Shown here piece after piece: positions 1 to 13,100 of a DNA stretch of 64,000 nt. Each line of letters begins with the position of its first letter. The stretch's first letter is position 1. Source of the stretch: Dicyema japonicum (lineage: Eukaryota; Animalia; Dicyemida); NCBI GenBank assembly GCA_011109175.1, contig RDEW01000014.1, forward strand, positions 124,001-188,000, given 5' to 3'. The notes under the pieces are model-generated. The model was not told the DNA's origin, ran no database searches, and was given only the letters and a program-made list of their open reading frames with translations. The position numbers were made by a program, and so were the translations under genes.

Positions 1-135
1 CGCTTTTTATTTATTTTGAATTTATTAATTGTAAAAAAACTCAGTTAGTTTGTGGTAGTCAAACAATTAATATAGTGATTCCATAGATAGGAGCGGTTGG
101 TAGTTTCTGGGAATCGATGAGCATTATATTCAGCC

Positions 136-247
136 TCTCACGGACTTTAATTCTAATTCCGATTTCGTGGAAAATTGGAGTGAAAGTGAGGACAATTGTG
201 ACTCATCGGTTATTTAGACATCTCACGGACTTTAATTCTAATTCCGA
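136..247. repeat. 27-bp perfect direct repeat (136-162, 221-247)
   Basis: tctcacggactttaattctaattccga occurs twice, 85 bp apart. Confidence 0.85.
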
Positions 248-435
248 ATCTTTAATTCGACGATAGCTACATTTGTCCAAAAAGAAAGTTAGACAATAAA
301 ACTAATAAGTAACTGGTAGTTTATTATTTTTGTTGTAGAATATTATTTTTTTCTGTTGTTATAATATATTTATAAATAAATAATTTTTAATTTCAATTAA
401 ATAAATTTAAAAAATGTTAATATATCGTTAGTCTA

Positions 436-1203
436 ATGTGATGCTCAGCTTGGTTTCTGGAATTAGAAGCACTAAGCTCAAAGGATAAAATTTTCATAAT
501 GGTTATTGGTTTGGAATCATCAGGGAAAACGGTAATCAATGGAATTAACATTTTCAGTTATTTTCTAACAATCTAAAGAGAATCTGTGAGAACAAGCCAG
601 TGCTAGACATAAATACCTTCAAATACCACCCAACAATGGGAATTAATGGTAATTCCTAAAGTTAGACATTTAGTCACTAAAATCACACACACCCTCGAGA
701 TTTCGCTCATTGATGTTGGTGGTAAAACAAACGTACAGAACTGTGGCTCAACGTACGTATTTATTTTTTATTAATTTAAAAATTAAAAAATATTTTTTAG
801 TATTATAAAGAAGCTGATGGGATTTTCTATATTGTGGATGTTTCCTCTGCTGATAAGATTTTTTCTGCTATGAGGAATTTCGGTTTGTTTCTTTTAGTGA
901 TTTTAGTGGGTAAAGTGTACCCACATATATGTGATGAGAAGTGGAGGAGGACCAAGCCTGTGTTGATTTTCTGCAATATGGATGAATCTATGGACTCCGA
1001 AGTGGCTGAGAGCTTGGTGAAGGAACATGTTGTGAATGTCCTTGTAGAACTTGGTGCTGTTGATCTGCACTGTAGAATTGAACTTGGGTGTGCTGCCAAT
1101 GGGTTTGTTTGTTGTTTATTTTAGAACGAATTTGAAGGATTCTTTGTCCTTCCTTGTTAAAAATATCCTAAATATTAATGAATTAGCTATTTGTGAAGAT
1201 TGA
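436..1203 (+). pseudogene. Arf/Arl-family small GTPase, disrupted, 5 introns
   Basis: Spliced reading gives IMVIGLESSGKT (P-loop), HPTMGIN, IDVGG, ELWLN|YYKEADGIFYIVD, PVLIFCNMD and CAANG|TNLKDSLSFL. GT-AG introns at 532-557, 649-673, 753-800, 883-906 and 1103-1124. Lesions: TGA at codon 2 (439-441), a frameshift near 730, and NKxD reduced to NMD. Confidence 0.8.
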
Positions 1204-1539
1204 TTTTTTTATTTATGAATTATTTTATATAAATTTATTTTTTTGAGAGGACATGCTTTGGGGAAGGATTTATTCTTTAAGCCTCTATGAGGAAATTCGT
1301 GATTAGTAGGGCGGAAATTATAAACATTTTAAAAACAAAATAGTACAATTATGACATCGGAAGGAAAAAATAGGACAATTTTATTATTTTTTTATTTTTC
1401 AATTGGGACATTTTTTAAATAAAAAATTACTTATAGAAAAAAATAAGCAAATTGTAATATAGCGGCCGTCCGGACAGAGTGGTTATTCACATAAATAGAA
1501 CTGATTTTTTCAAAAATCTGCATTTTCGAAATAATAAAA

Positions 1540-2060
1540 ATGACGCTTCTGAGAAAATCCACAAATTGTGATAATTACAAATGTAGGTAATTTAATCTCA
1601 TCAAACATAGTTCTGCGTTTATTGATTTCAAAAGACATGGTAATTTAATTTGAGGAATATCTGTATAAAACTACTACCTAATTTGTGAAGTGGAATATCG
1701 GCATTTAAAAATGCTTTAACTAAAAAATATTCAGTTTTCTTAATCTTAAGTAAGAAAAAGCTACTTTTAAATAGGTTCAACCAATCAATTAAACGACGGA
1801 TATTCTCAACAAGTGCTTCAGCTGGAAGTTTTGGACTTTAATTTACATTTTGATTATGTCGCACATGGGGATTGGTAATTAAGTTTAAATAAAAATGTTA
1901 TTTAGAGTTGCTTTAACACTAAAATTCGAAGGCCGAATAGGAAACAGTATCAAATTGGCTTTCTAAAATTATGGAATGTCTTTCGAATTTTGTAACTGCT
2001 CTCATGGATTTTTGTTGTAGTTAAAATAGAAGTACTTCAAGAGTCACATACCCGGATTTA
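1540..2060 (+). pseudogene. Degraded cyclin-like (cyclin H/C/K-type) gene remnant
   Basis: Fragments SAFIDFKR, YLICEVEY and QQVLQLEVLDFNLHFDY resemble cyclin-box motifs (TA..YFKRF, LACKVEE, LL..LDF.L). Short GT-AG intron-like segments and several stops are present. Confidence 0.3.
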
Positions 2061-2135
2061 GAACCAATGACTCAATTGGGTGAACTTGTTCACGGAAGAA
2101 TTGGAATGGACATTGATCACTAAAATCACATTAAT

Positions 2136-2270
2136 TATTCCAAGACCACCGTCAAATCAAAAAAATAAGTGATCGAATTTGATTCAGACTCTCGCCATAA
2201 CTCAATGTTCCTCCTTTGATCCAACAATTTCGTTGGGGTCGGGTTGTCTAACGCGTCATGTTTTTCAGGC
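2136..2270 (-). mobile_element. LINE 3' end fragment
   Basis: Similar to 31800-31930. The minus strand ends in the shared ggtcttgg-aataa terminus. Confidence 0.6.
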
Positions 2271-2539
2271 CAGGATTTTTTTGACATTTTTTAAAAAGTA
2301 ACGTTACCTATCAACTTTAATTCCATTTGACTCTTTTGACATTTTATTTCGTCAATTCTAAGATGAATTGACAACAGTCTGTTGTTAAATTTAATTAATG
2401 ATGTGTATAATTAAAATGATGGAATTTAATAAATTTATTATTATAATTACACTAATAATTGTTTAATTTAAAATAAATATTTTTAAATACTGCAGATCCC
2501 TTTATAGTGATGTATGTTATTAGTTTCAATATATTTTAT

Positions 2540-2830
2540 TTATTTATTTAACCCAAGACCACGGTAAGACAAAACTAATTATCACGTGATCCCGATGCAT
2601 TTTAACAAAGACCTAATCTTTGCCCGTCGTTCTTCCTTCGTGCCCGCCCATGAACGTACAGGACGGCTTCCTGAATTTTAAGGGCCAATTTCCCGTGATC
2701 TGGAGTCAAGTCTCATAAGGGCCTCCAGAGGTGTAGGTCCGGCTTGATGATCTTAACTAATCCAACGTTCCGTTAAATGAAAGTGAAGGATCATAAGGCC
2801 ATCAACTCGACTTTGGCTGCTGAGGAAACA
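2540..2830 (-). mobile_element. LINE 3' end fragment (ORF ending ..GIT*)
   Basis: Minus strand encodes AGTKEERRAKIRSLLKCIGIT* then ccgtggtcttgggttaaataaataaa. Homologous to 32815-33000. Confidence 0.7.
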
Positions 2831-3125
2831 ACCTAAAATGCTCCAATTTATCAATCGAATTTTTTTACGAAAGAAATGATTTTTTATTTTTTTTATTTCA
2901 TTTAAATTATTGATATTTGACATATTTAATCCGGAGATTACATATTTGCTACTTATACTAATTTCTTTATTTCTAAAGTCTATATTGAGGACACGTGAAT
3001 TGAATACCCTTGATATCTGGCGGCACTCAGAAGCAATTATGCCCACGAAGTACAGTGGCTCAACAGTTGATCTTGATTAGTAGAATTAAAGCCAATTTAA
3101 TTTTATCAATTTTGTGGATACAATA

Positions 3126-3725
3126 ATGTTGAGACTTAAGTTGCATTCTGGTGGGTTTAAAGTACTGGTTTTATATAGTTACAGGTAATTCTCGCTCACA
3201 CCCTGTTAGCTCCAGTAAAGGGTTTATCCCATTACAGTGCAACCTCCATTTGGGGCGGACCTCCTTTAAATTTAATAAAAAGCAAATTTAAATTGTTAAA
3301 CTGTGGATAAATCTAAAGAAAATACCGAACATCCATTTTTGGGGAAACCTCTGTTTTTGGGGCATTTTGCAATTGGTTCGAAAATGAAACGTCCACAAAG
3401 ACATGCGTATTTCTTAAACTTTAGGATCTCAGCCTACTCCAAAGCAGAGCATGAGTTAGTTGCTTCGTTCCAAAGTTGGAGAGAGAGGCTATCGACAAAG
3501 ATGGCGTCCCAGGCAAGGTATTTACCCCCTTCCTATGAAAAATTATTTTTACCTTAGGGTTTTCCGTTGATACCTCTCAAACTGGTCTTGAACCACGGAA
3601 CTTTTGGTATTCCAAAAAATACTCTTTCTTTTTGACGACGTATCAGGATATCCATTTTCTAGAAATTCGATTATCTGACGCAACTCATCCATATTCTACT
3701 TGAAGCTTTAAAACCATGTGAATAA
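3126..3725 (+). CDS. Possible small multi-exon gene of unknown function (status uncertain)
   Basis: Coding-like segments such as ISAYSKAEHELVASFQSWRERLSTKMASQ separated by short GT..AG segments. No family recognised. Confidence 0.25.
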
Positions 3726-3912
3726 ATAAAAAATTGTTTTTTACTTTTAAAAATTAAAGTTTTTTTTAATTAAAAATAATAAAATATCATTAAATAACAC
3801 TCTATTCATATTGACTGTTTTTGTGCTACTTTATGTTTTTAAAATATTAACAATTTTAACCAAAAAATTACACCATTCAACTTAGAAAAATCTGAATTAT
3901 CTAGATAACTAA

Positions 3913-6640
3913 TTTTTATTTTGATTGGTTCTTGTGGATTTCCATGTATAGGACGGTGACGATAATTTTTATAATGTTTTGTTCATTAAAAAGCCGACTT
4001 TATAAATGCTATGAATGTTATTGGATATCCACCGGATTTGTGGAAACCCACTTGATTGGGGAAGAGCAAATGATTTTTTCGATGACGCCACACTAATAGG
4101 AAGGGAAAGAGGAAGAACAACAAAACAAACGGAATCTTCAAGCAATTAGCACCACATGGAGCCATGCGGCGAACTGGAAACGTGATACAGTTAACTAGTT
4201 TTTGGTTCAACTTTTTTCTTGGTGTATCCTGGGTTAATTATTAATTATTCACCGGTTGTTTCCTTATTTAGTTTAGATGGCTTGAAGTTGAAAAAATATT
4301 ATTTCAGTAATTTTGAACAAATTGTAAAAAATTTAACGAATTTGAGTTGATGGAATTTTAGTTATTAATGCTAAACATTCCGTCACCAATAATAGCGTTA
4401 AAATTTCATTAAGTGAAGCAATACTAAACTATTCAAAAAATAATGCTTCTTCAAATTTTGGAATTCTACGAATAGTCAATTAATCGTGGATATAATGACG
4501 TTTGTCTGATGTAGTGCTGATATTCAAGGATATTCAAGGAATATTAAGAATTACATTAAAATAATGGAACAAATGCAATTAAATCTATTATTTAGTTGAC
4601 TCTGAAAAATTTGCCATGAGGATTACCTTGTTTTATCACAATGTCAAAAATCCTCATCGTATGTTTAAAGCTAAAAAATATTGAAAAACGATAAAAACTT
4701 TGACAAAAAATAATATTAAACATTACATTATAAGCGAATTAACAGTTTATTAGAAATCCAAAATATTCTAGCCATTTAATTAATTAACAACTTCCCCACT
4801 CCTTGACCAGTCCATCAGCCTTTTCGATTATCTTGCTAGCATTTACGCTCCTCCCCCCATTTTCCGCACCATCTAGATCTCTATCAGTGTCGTGCCCCCT
4901 TCTTCCCGACTTGTAACCAATAGGAGGATTACACAACCACTCCCCAGTTTTTATTGATCCCATTATTAATTCATCGAAGCCGTGTTTATATTCAAGAGTC
5001 ACTTTGACTTTATTTTTATTTATTTTTAAATCCGAATTTCATTGATAAGTACATGTGAATGCATTCGACTATTTCATTGTGTCGTGTTGTATAGTCAGGA
5101 GTTTAGCATCCTGCTACACCTCGTGGCCATATGATCGACTGTTTTTGAGGTATTGCAATGTGGGCAGTTTAGACTAAAGTTCCCGGAAAAAGATATTTCT
5201 ATCTTGCAAAAGTAAGAACATTGCTTTAGCCTTTGAAAAAATTTTTTATTTTGATTGGTTCTTGTGGATTTCCACAGATAGGACGATGACAGTAATTTTA
5301 TAATTTTTTATTTATTAAACAGCCGACTTTATAAAATGCTATGAATGTTATTAGATATCCACCGGATTTGTGGAAACCCCTCACTAAATTGGGGGAGACC
5401 AAATGATCCTTTTCGTGACAGCCTGACACTGAAACCTCTACAGGAGAATCACATGACGCCACTCTAATAGGAAGGAAAGGAAAGGAACAACAAAACAAAC
5501 GGAATCTTCAACCAATTAGCTCCACATAAAACCATGCGGCGAACCGGAAACGGGATACACTTAACTAGTTTTTTCTTTAACTTTTTTTTGTGTATCCTGG
5601 GTTAATAAATTATTTATCCACCGGATGTATTATCACTAGGTATCCTTATTTAATTTATTTAAATAAGGAAGATTGTTTGAAGTTGTAAAATATTATTTCA
5701 GTAATTTTGAAAACAATTGTAAATATTTTTTAACGAATTTGAGCTGATGGATTTTAGTTACTAATGCTAAACATTCCGTCACCAATAATACCGTTAAAAT
5801 TTCATAAGTGAAGTAATACTAAACTGTTCAAAAAATAATGCTTCTTCAAATATTGGAATGTCCGATTACTCAATTAATCGTGCATATAATGACGTTAGTC
5901 TGATGTGATCCTGATATACAAGAATATTCAAGGAATATTAAGAATTACATGAAAAAATAATGGAACAAATGGATATAAAACTATTATTTAGTTGATACTG
6001 AAAAATTTGCCATGAGGATTACATTGTTTTTCACAATGTCAAAAATCCTCTTCATATGTATAAAGCTAAAAAATATTGAAAAACGATAAAAACTTTGATA
6101 AAAATAATGTTAAACGTTACATTTTAAACGAATTAACAGCTTATTAGAAATCCAAAATATTTTAGTCATTTAATTAATTAACAACTTCCCCACAATCCTA
6201 CCAGTCCATCAGCCTTTTCGATTATCTTGCTAGCATTTCCGATCCTCCCACCATTTTCTGCACCATCCAGTTCTCTATCTGTGTCGTGTCCCCTCCTTCT
6301 CGACTTGTTACCAATAGGAGGATTTCACAACACTCCCAGTTTTTATCGATCCCTATTATTAATTCATCGAAGCCGTGTTTATATTCAAGAGTCACTTTGA
6401 TTTCATTTTTTTTATTTTTAAATCCGAATTTCATTGATAAATGCATGTGAATGCATTCGACTATTTCATTGTGTCGTGTTGTATAGTCGGAGTTTAGCAT
6501 CCTGCTACACCTCGTGGCCATATGATCGACTTTTTATTGAGGTATTGCAATGTGGGGTGTTTACACATAGAGCCCGAAAAAAGATATTTCTATCTAGCAA
6601 AAGAATGAAGATTGCTTTAGCATTTGAAAAAAAATTTTCT
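3913..6640. repeat. Diverged tandem segmental duplication (about 3913-5242 and 5243-6640)
   Basis: Both units begin tttttattttgattggttcttgtggatttcca and end gctttagc(c/a)tttgaaaaa. They are collinear with many substitutions and indels, and each includes the 3' part of the R4-like element. Confidence 0.9.
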
Positions 6641-8290
6641 TAGTAATCCGCGTGGACGATGATTTTATGTCAAACGTATCACTCTAAAGTGATTCAAATA
6701 ATTTTGAATTGAGACTTTAGTTTTTAATTTGTGAGTTCGGAGAGAATTAAATTATGAGTTCTATTAGAGCCTCCACAATGTCTATAGTTGGGTCCATTTG
6801 GTATTTTACCCGCAGAAATTCTGTGATGTATGTGTTTCTTATCTGTTGAGCCCACAAAATTCCAGCTTTTCTCAGAGACAACTTTTTTGTCTTTGAAGCC
6901 TTGTTTTTAACTTATGTATCATTTTCTCAGATTTAAAAGTAACTGATATCTGCCATCGTCCCTGCATACTCCTCGATAATATAATCTTTCTCCGCAAGCT
7001 GATTTCATATGAATCCCCAACTTCATAAGTAATTTTATGATCAATCTATCAATTTCCTAGAATTCACCGGATTCCATATTGAGATGACCAACATAGTAAT
7101 CAAAAAGGGATAGAGCATGTTCATTAATGGCCTTAAAAAATTGACAGAATTCAATTTCGTTAATAACCTTTTTTCGATACGACTTGCACCTCCTCTTTGA
7201 TATTTTAAAGAACAACCTCTTTAACTACTTTGCTGGAATTGTCTTTTAACACTTCCAAATAGCGATAAATATCCAATCCATCCATTAAATTACCATCATT
7301 CGACAATAAATAACTATTTGGTGAGGATTTTTCAAAATCTTTTCTAAACCGACCAAATTAAAATAAGCATCCACATTATTCATCATGCACGCCAGTGTCT
7401 CTTCCTCTTTCGCCAACAGCTTTAAATCATCAATGAATAAGAAATGATTCGTAGAAGAAGTAAAAAAAATAGATTCAGCAGTTTTGATAGACATGATCGG
7501 GTATTTTGGAGACAACATTCTGCTTAGTAAATCCAAGACAATTACAAATAATAGAGGAGATAGAGAGTCACTCTGGAGTATACCATGTTAAAATTCACCA
7601 CCCTTAATGACACACGCCAGTTTGCAATAATGGATATTACAAATTTGGTTATCCACTCTGGCAGTCCCGTGTTTCCATTGGTCTCAAGCTGGTCTCCATA
7701 ATTAAATCGTAAGTGTCAGCATAGATAAATTTTTCGTTGACACATTTCGTAACCAGCTTTTACAAACATGGCATACATGTAATCGGCCTAAGGTCCTTAG
7801 GGTCAATAGAGTTCTTTTTCTTTGGGATTAGACATGTAATCCCAGTATAAAAACATCTTTTCGGGTGACTTTTTTCATTAATGATTTCTGTGATCTCCTA
7901 AATAAATACTGGTAAAGAGATCCAACTTCTTGATAAAGAGGTTTTATACAACATCTACTCCAGGAGCTTTCAATTTAGGAAGACAGTCAATTATCTTATA
8001 AAATTATCGTTTATATCAGATTGATGTTCTACTCTTGTTATTTTTTCGTTAATTCCAAAACTCAAATCATTTTTAACTCCTTTTCTCCAAACATCGTTTA
8101 AATGTGAGGCATTCGGATGTGTCAAAGCCATCAATACACTTTGTCAGAATTTGACTTTAGCTTTAGAACGATTTCCTGTTCAACTCAAAGTTTCGATTAT
8201 CAGTTTATTTTCCTTTTGAGTCTGCATTTGAAATTTTTTGTTTAAAATTATATTTCGGGCATTCATTGCGCTTGATATCGCTTCAAATTC
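6180..8290 (-). mobile_element. Degraded R4/Dong-like non-LTR retrotransposon (RT, CCHC knuckle, start of restriction-like endonuclease)
   Basis: Minus strand: DLRPITCMPCL*KLVTKC, GILQSDSLSPLLFVIVLDLLSR, NHFLFIDDLKL, then VDHMATRC..YTTRHNEIVECIH. Many stops and frameshifts. Confidence 0.8.
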
Positions 8291-8300
8291 ACCACTTTTG

Positions 8301-8301
8301 N
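8301..8301. other. Assembly gap (single N)
   Basis: N at 8301, followed by a near-exact copy of 8089-8148. Confidence 0.9.
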
Positions 8302-8809
8302 AACATCGTTTAAATGTGAGGCATTCGGATGTGTCAATGCCATCAATACACTTTGTCAGAAAATATTTTTTCCTGGTGAAAACCGAAGCACGTCACCACT
8401 TCAACCAATACAAGTAAAGAAATTTACATGTTAAATATATTCTTTAACTTTGATATTTTTAAAAGCTAATTTTATTGTTTTAAGTGCTATCTTTTTTTTA
8501 TAAGTGCAAATGAAAATCGGTTAGCAAAGAAATTTCCGTCCCCAGTCGGATTCTTCTGCAAGGCTCAAAGAAGGCATTTCTGTTAGGCAGTGGGAACAGT
8601 TTTGGATAGCATGTTTGGTTGCGGGAACAATATTCCAATTATATAAAGTTCCTCTTGGATTTGTGTGAAAAATGAACGCAGTCTTTGTTTTTGTTATTTT
8701 TACTTGGCTGACCACTCCCCCAATTAAAATAAGTATAGGTGGTATCACAATTGTACCTGTTAAACTTATTAACAAAATTTCCATTATGTCGTTTGTGATG
8801 TTATCCAAT

Positions 8810-9210
8810 TAAATCGTCTCCGACCCTTGGAGATCTCATGAACAAGTTACCTTCACTCTCCCCGATCCGTCGCAAATTTGAGTAGCCTTGATAAAGGCAT
8901 TCCCGTGACGTCTTCCACCGTGGATAGCCACCGAGTCCTCGGTCGACCAGGTCTTCTCTTGCCAGTAATATTGCTCAGCATAATGGTTCTTACCAGGGAG
9001 TCAGAGCGGACAACATGCTTAAAGAACGCCAATCTGTTTTTATATTTTTCTTTTTAGCGAAATGTCCGTCTCCACCCGTTTGAGTACATCGGTATTTGTT
9101 ATTTTGAAAGTCTAAGGGATTCTTAGTAACCTCCTCCAGCACCACAGTTCAAAAGCATCAATTTTTTGTCCATCCGCCTTTTTCAGTATCCATGTTCTGC
9201 GCGTAGCTCA
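8810..9210 (-). mobile_element. RTE-clade LINE 3' fragment
   Basis: Minus strand KKADGQKIDAFELWCWRRLLRIP*TFKITNTDVLKR, a typical RTE post-RT motif. Confidence 0.75.
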
Positions 9211-9229
9211 AATAAGATCACCAATTTTG

Positions 9230-10030
9230 AGGATACTAAGTGAAATTCTGAACTATATTTGCAATGAACGATCGGCAAGCGATCTTTCCAGAAAGGCGGC
9301 GGATAACGTTTTCAATTGCAATAGAACAAATTCTTGCCGTCTTTATTCCCTGACAGTTAGTTTTGGAGAATAAAGTGAGTTTGGGAGCAAAATCAGAGAT
9401 AGTCCCAGAAGTCTCAGAAAGCAACGCTTTTTCCCGGATAGAAGTAAAGCTGGCTGACCAACAAATAGAGAAAGAAGGTCCATGATAAATACTGGCTTAA
9501 GACCATAAACTCCCACAATACTGCTCCTTCGGAATGATCGTAGGGTATCACAAAAATTGGCGGAAGAAACGTCGCCTCGAAAAGAATCGGGACAAGCGGG
9601 AGCACAAATATTGTCTGGCACAGGAGGGTTTTTTGCTTTAAGAAGAGTAACAATCTCAGGGAAGCAAATAATTTGGCTAAATTCAGTTCACACAGTCCGA
9701 ACAGCAGCAGTTAGATTCCCTTCCATCAATTTTTTTCTAACGCGTGAACGAAGTTTTGCAGACCCAGAGGAAGGTTGATCAAGGATGAGGTTAGTGCAGT
9801 CCCCTAAGGTATGAATAGCTCTGAGCTAATTTCTCCTAAGACTCCATAAAGTTATCAGATGTGCTTTTATTCGACTTGACAAAGACAGTTTTCATAAAAG
9901 AGAGTAGGTGTCGATTCCAGGACAAGTGCGAGTACCAGGAAAGAGAAAACAACTGCTTTTTCGATACAGGAAGCAAGAGCTGAGGCATAATTGTGACGAC
10001 AACACTTGGGGATCCTGACAAAGATAATCT
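9230..10030 (-). mobile_element. CRE-like non-LTR retrotransposon RT fragment
   Basis: EGNLTAAVR, LRSFRRSSIVGVYGLKP (SAGGPDGLRP-like) and ICSIAIENVIRRLSGKIAC (IRPIAVG..RRL-like). Confidence 0.65.
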
Positions 10031-10199
10031 TCATGGATCGAGTGTTCGAAATATATAAATTAGAAACTCCTAAAAGTACAAAATAGACAACAACAACGTG
10101 GCAACAGCGTTTTTCTAAATATAGCTCTATATATTATTATTATTATTATTATATAAAAAATAAAATTTTATAAAATTAAATTAATTTTTCACCTTTTAG

Positions 10200-13100
10200 T
10201 GACTGTGCAGTTGATGTGGCATGTGTTTGGTGTTATGACTGTTTCTTTAACAGCGAGCACGTCAATCATCAACATAAAGTGATTGCCATTTTGTGGATTT
10301 AGTTTTGTGTGAGTGATAGTGCGCTTTTCTACGATTTCAGAGACGTTGAAGCATGGAAGCAATATCTCACGTGCTCTCTCTACTCTTGGGTAGAATATAA
10401 TTTATCGGTGATTTCTGTTTATTAAGAGAAATAGACTGAGTTTTCTAAAGTGGTCGATGAATATGCCGAATATTTTTCTGATGTTTTGAGGATGACGTCG
10501 TCTGTATTGCTTCGTTTACCAGAGTCTCTGGATTTGATGCCGACTTCACTGAGATCCTGCGTTTCCAACAGTGAGTAAGCAGTATTTATGATAAACGATG
10601 AACTCCACAATTTGGGAGAGGTTCACTTTCCACCAAATTTGAATGCGGCTGGATGTTTGACGAACGTCCTGAACTTTAGCAGTGCAGAAGCCAACGAAAT
10701 AATGAATTTGGTGGATAAACGGGTTCATTGTTTTTGTGACTTTAAGGGAGAAGCAAGAGTGAGACAGGGAAGCAAAGAGTACTGCCAAAACATCTCAGAA
10801 TTGATTACTGTTTTCCAAACGTATAATTCTAGGCAAATACGCAAAACCTGTATGGACCAAGGAAGTGTGTGGTTGTCAAGAGTTTTGTAGCCATCTTGCA
10901 GGAATCGTGCGTTATTTCATTAATATCATTTGTGAAATATTTAGAAAAAAGGGGTTTTCACAAATAAAATATTTAGATTACTTGGAATATGTTTGCACTA
11001 AAGTAGTTATGAGATCAAGCAATATTGATAATTTCATAAGGCCACTTCTCACCCAGAATACGAGGATTTGGACAGGTGGGGTTCCATAATGTTTCAGATC
11101 CCGTCTGACCTTCCACAAAATTTTCCTATCTGCCAATTGGCTCAATTCTACTCAGAGATTTCAATTATGCAGAAAATATATTGGAGTCGATTGTCTTATT
11201 TTATTTAACTTTATCCGACAATTCTCTCCTATTATGCAACCGATGAGAGTGAAGAGGAAAACTCAATTATCCATTTGGAAATTAAACTTTACACTATTCT
11301 TTCAGTCGTGAAAAGCCTCATATTGGAGGCAGACCTCCTTAAGGTTCTGATAAAAATGGCTGTTGTGAATATCCAACATTTAATAAACAGTATTTCGTTG
11401 GTTTTGACGTTTTTAGACAATTTCTTTAGAAATTATTCAATGAATTTAATTTCCCATGGTCAGCGTAATCAACAGCATTTCTGTTGCAGACAAACCGCAC
11501 GTTTTACTTTGTCAAAGCTATAAAGTTTACATTTTTTGTTTTTAGCTATTCTCTAAGAGTTCTTTTTGAACCAGCCAATTTTACAAAAAAATTTAAATCT
11601 AAAATTGTGGAGGCCTTCGTCTACTATTTTGACTTGGTGTCAATTTTCCAAGTTTCACCAGTTTTGTAATTGTCAGTACATTAATGCCGTTAAAAAATCG
11701 ATGGAACACATGCACGTGGAGAATCCCCGGAGAGAAGGTTTCATCATAAACTTCAATATTTTCAATATTTATTATCAGTTCTTTGAAATTTTAAAAAAAG
11801 ACGTGGTTTTTGTTATGACATTTTCTAGAATAGTACAATGATCGAGGTCTTCGGAGTTTTGAAAAACAAAATTGCTTCCTATTTGGAGGATAGAGTTTAC
11901 TATAATCGCACAAAGCTCAAAAAGTCATGTACTTTTCATTCCTTTTTTCCCAGTTGCTGGTTATGAGATTGGAGTCATCGATTATACTCATGAAGATGAT
12001 GACATTTCCTTTCATACACCCATCACTCAGTTATTCCCATTTCTCGTCTTTACGTTTTATTCGTGTGGACATAATATATTCGACAACTCTAAAGTTTTAG
12101 AATTTTGGTTGATATCAGGATTCTCTCGGATTCCAGCCATTGTAATTGATGGAGCCTCCAATCCAGTCATTACTGCTTTATCTGAAGACTATCACTGGGT
12201 TGTCGAGAATGAATGGAATATCTATGCACAATCAGGTAAACTTATGTTTTAATGTCAAGGACAAAAGTAGTCAAATCAATCCATTTTCAGAGATATGGAA
12301 AACTTGGATATTCTAATCCTGCAGTTTTGTGCTTCCTTTTTACCCCCCGATGACTTTCTCTGCATATTACTTGATAAACTTAGTGTGAATCGATTTCTCT
12401 GGTTCGCTTCGCATAAACAATTCCAGTCCTGAAAATTACGACGCAGAAATCGGGGACCAACAGAGGATAGAATACGCCTCTTTCTTTTTGGATATACTGA
12501 TTAAAATTCACGTAATTTTTGTAATTCAATTCCCAGTGGAACGCTATGTGGTTGGCTTGTCCGAAGTGACTGAGCACGAAATCCTGAAATACGAGATTGT
12601 GAATGGTATTGCAGCTAATATATCACTTTACAGCAACATTGCCAACCGTTTTCAGGTCTCACGTCTTTACGATCTTATAGACTTTTAGAAACGTTAAAGA
12701 AGCCAATATTGAGGACGTTTTGAACGAAGTCGCCAATCTATAGTTTGGATATTCTTTATTCTCAGCAACAAGGACGAACAACAGAAGCACTATGAATTGA
12801 AAGATGAATATTGGGAGCTTTTTAATCCTACTGCTGCAACCTCACTGAAAAGGAGAGAATTATAGTATTCGACTTGTTTCCTTTCTATAGTTTAGGCTTG
12901 TGAACGATGCTTGCGAAAATGGAAGATTAATCATGTTAACTTGGGTGGGAATTATTTTATAATAATTTAGAATATTTTTTCCCCCAAAAGATTCCAAAAT
13001 TTCGGGGAGTGTTCGCTAACCTGACGAAATTTCTGACTTGTCGGTCGTTTGTAGCAGTCATTAAGCAGGAGATCGAATTGTTGAAAACCTGTGCTGGGTC

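Noticed and set aside
3974-4095. Short CYEC-containing ORF as a Ly6/three-finger protein
   Set aside because: No signal peptide, the remaining cysteines are absent, and the frame is broken in the duplicated copy.
8302-8385. LCQKIFFPGE as the missing first UBR-box exon
   Set aside because: It is built from a duplicate of R4-element sequence (8089-8148) next to an assembly N, has no suitable start or donor, and is probably coincidental or an artefact.
10571-10582. 12-nt introns (gtgagtaagcag here; gtattattgtag at 57201-57212) that would remove stops
   Set aside because: Far below the 20-28 nt range seen elsewhere. At 10576 homology favours a TAT-to-TAA mutation.
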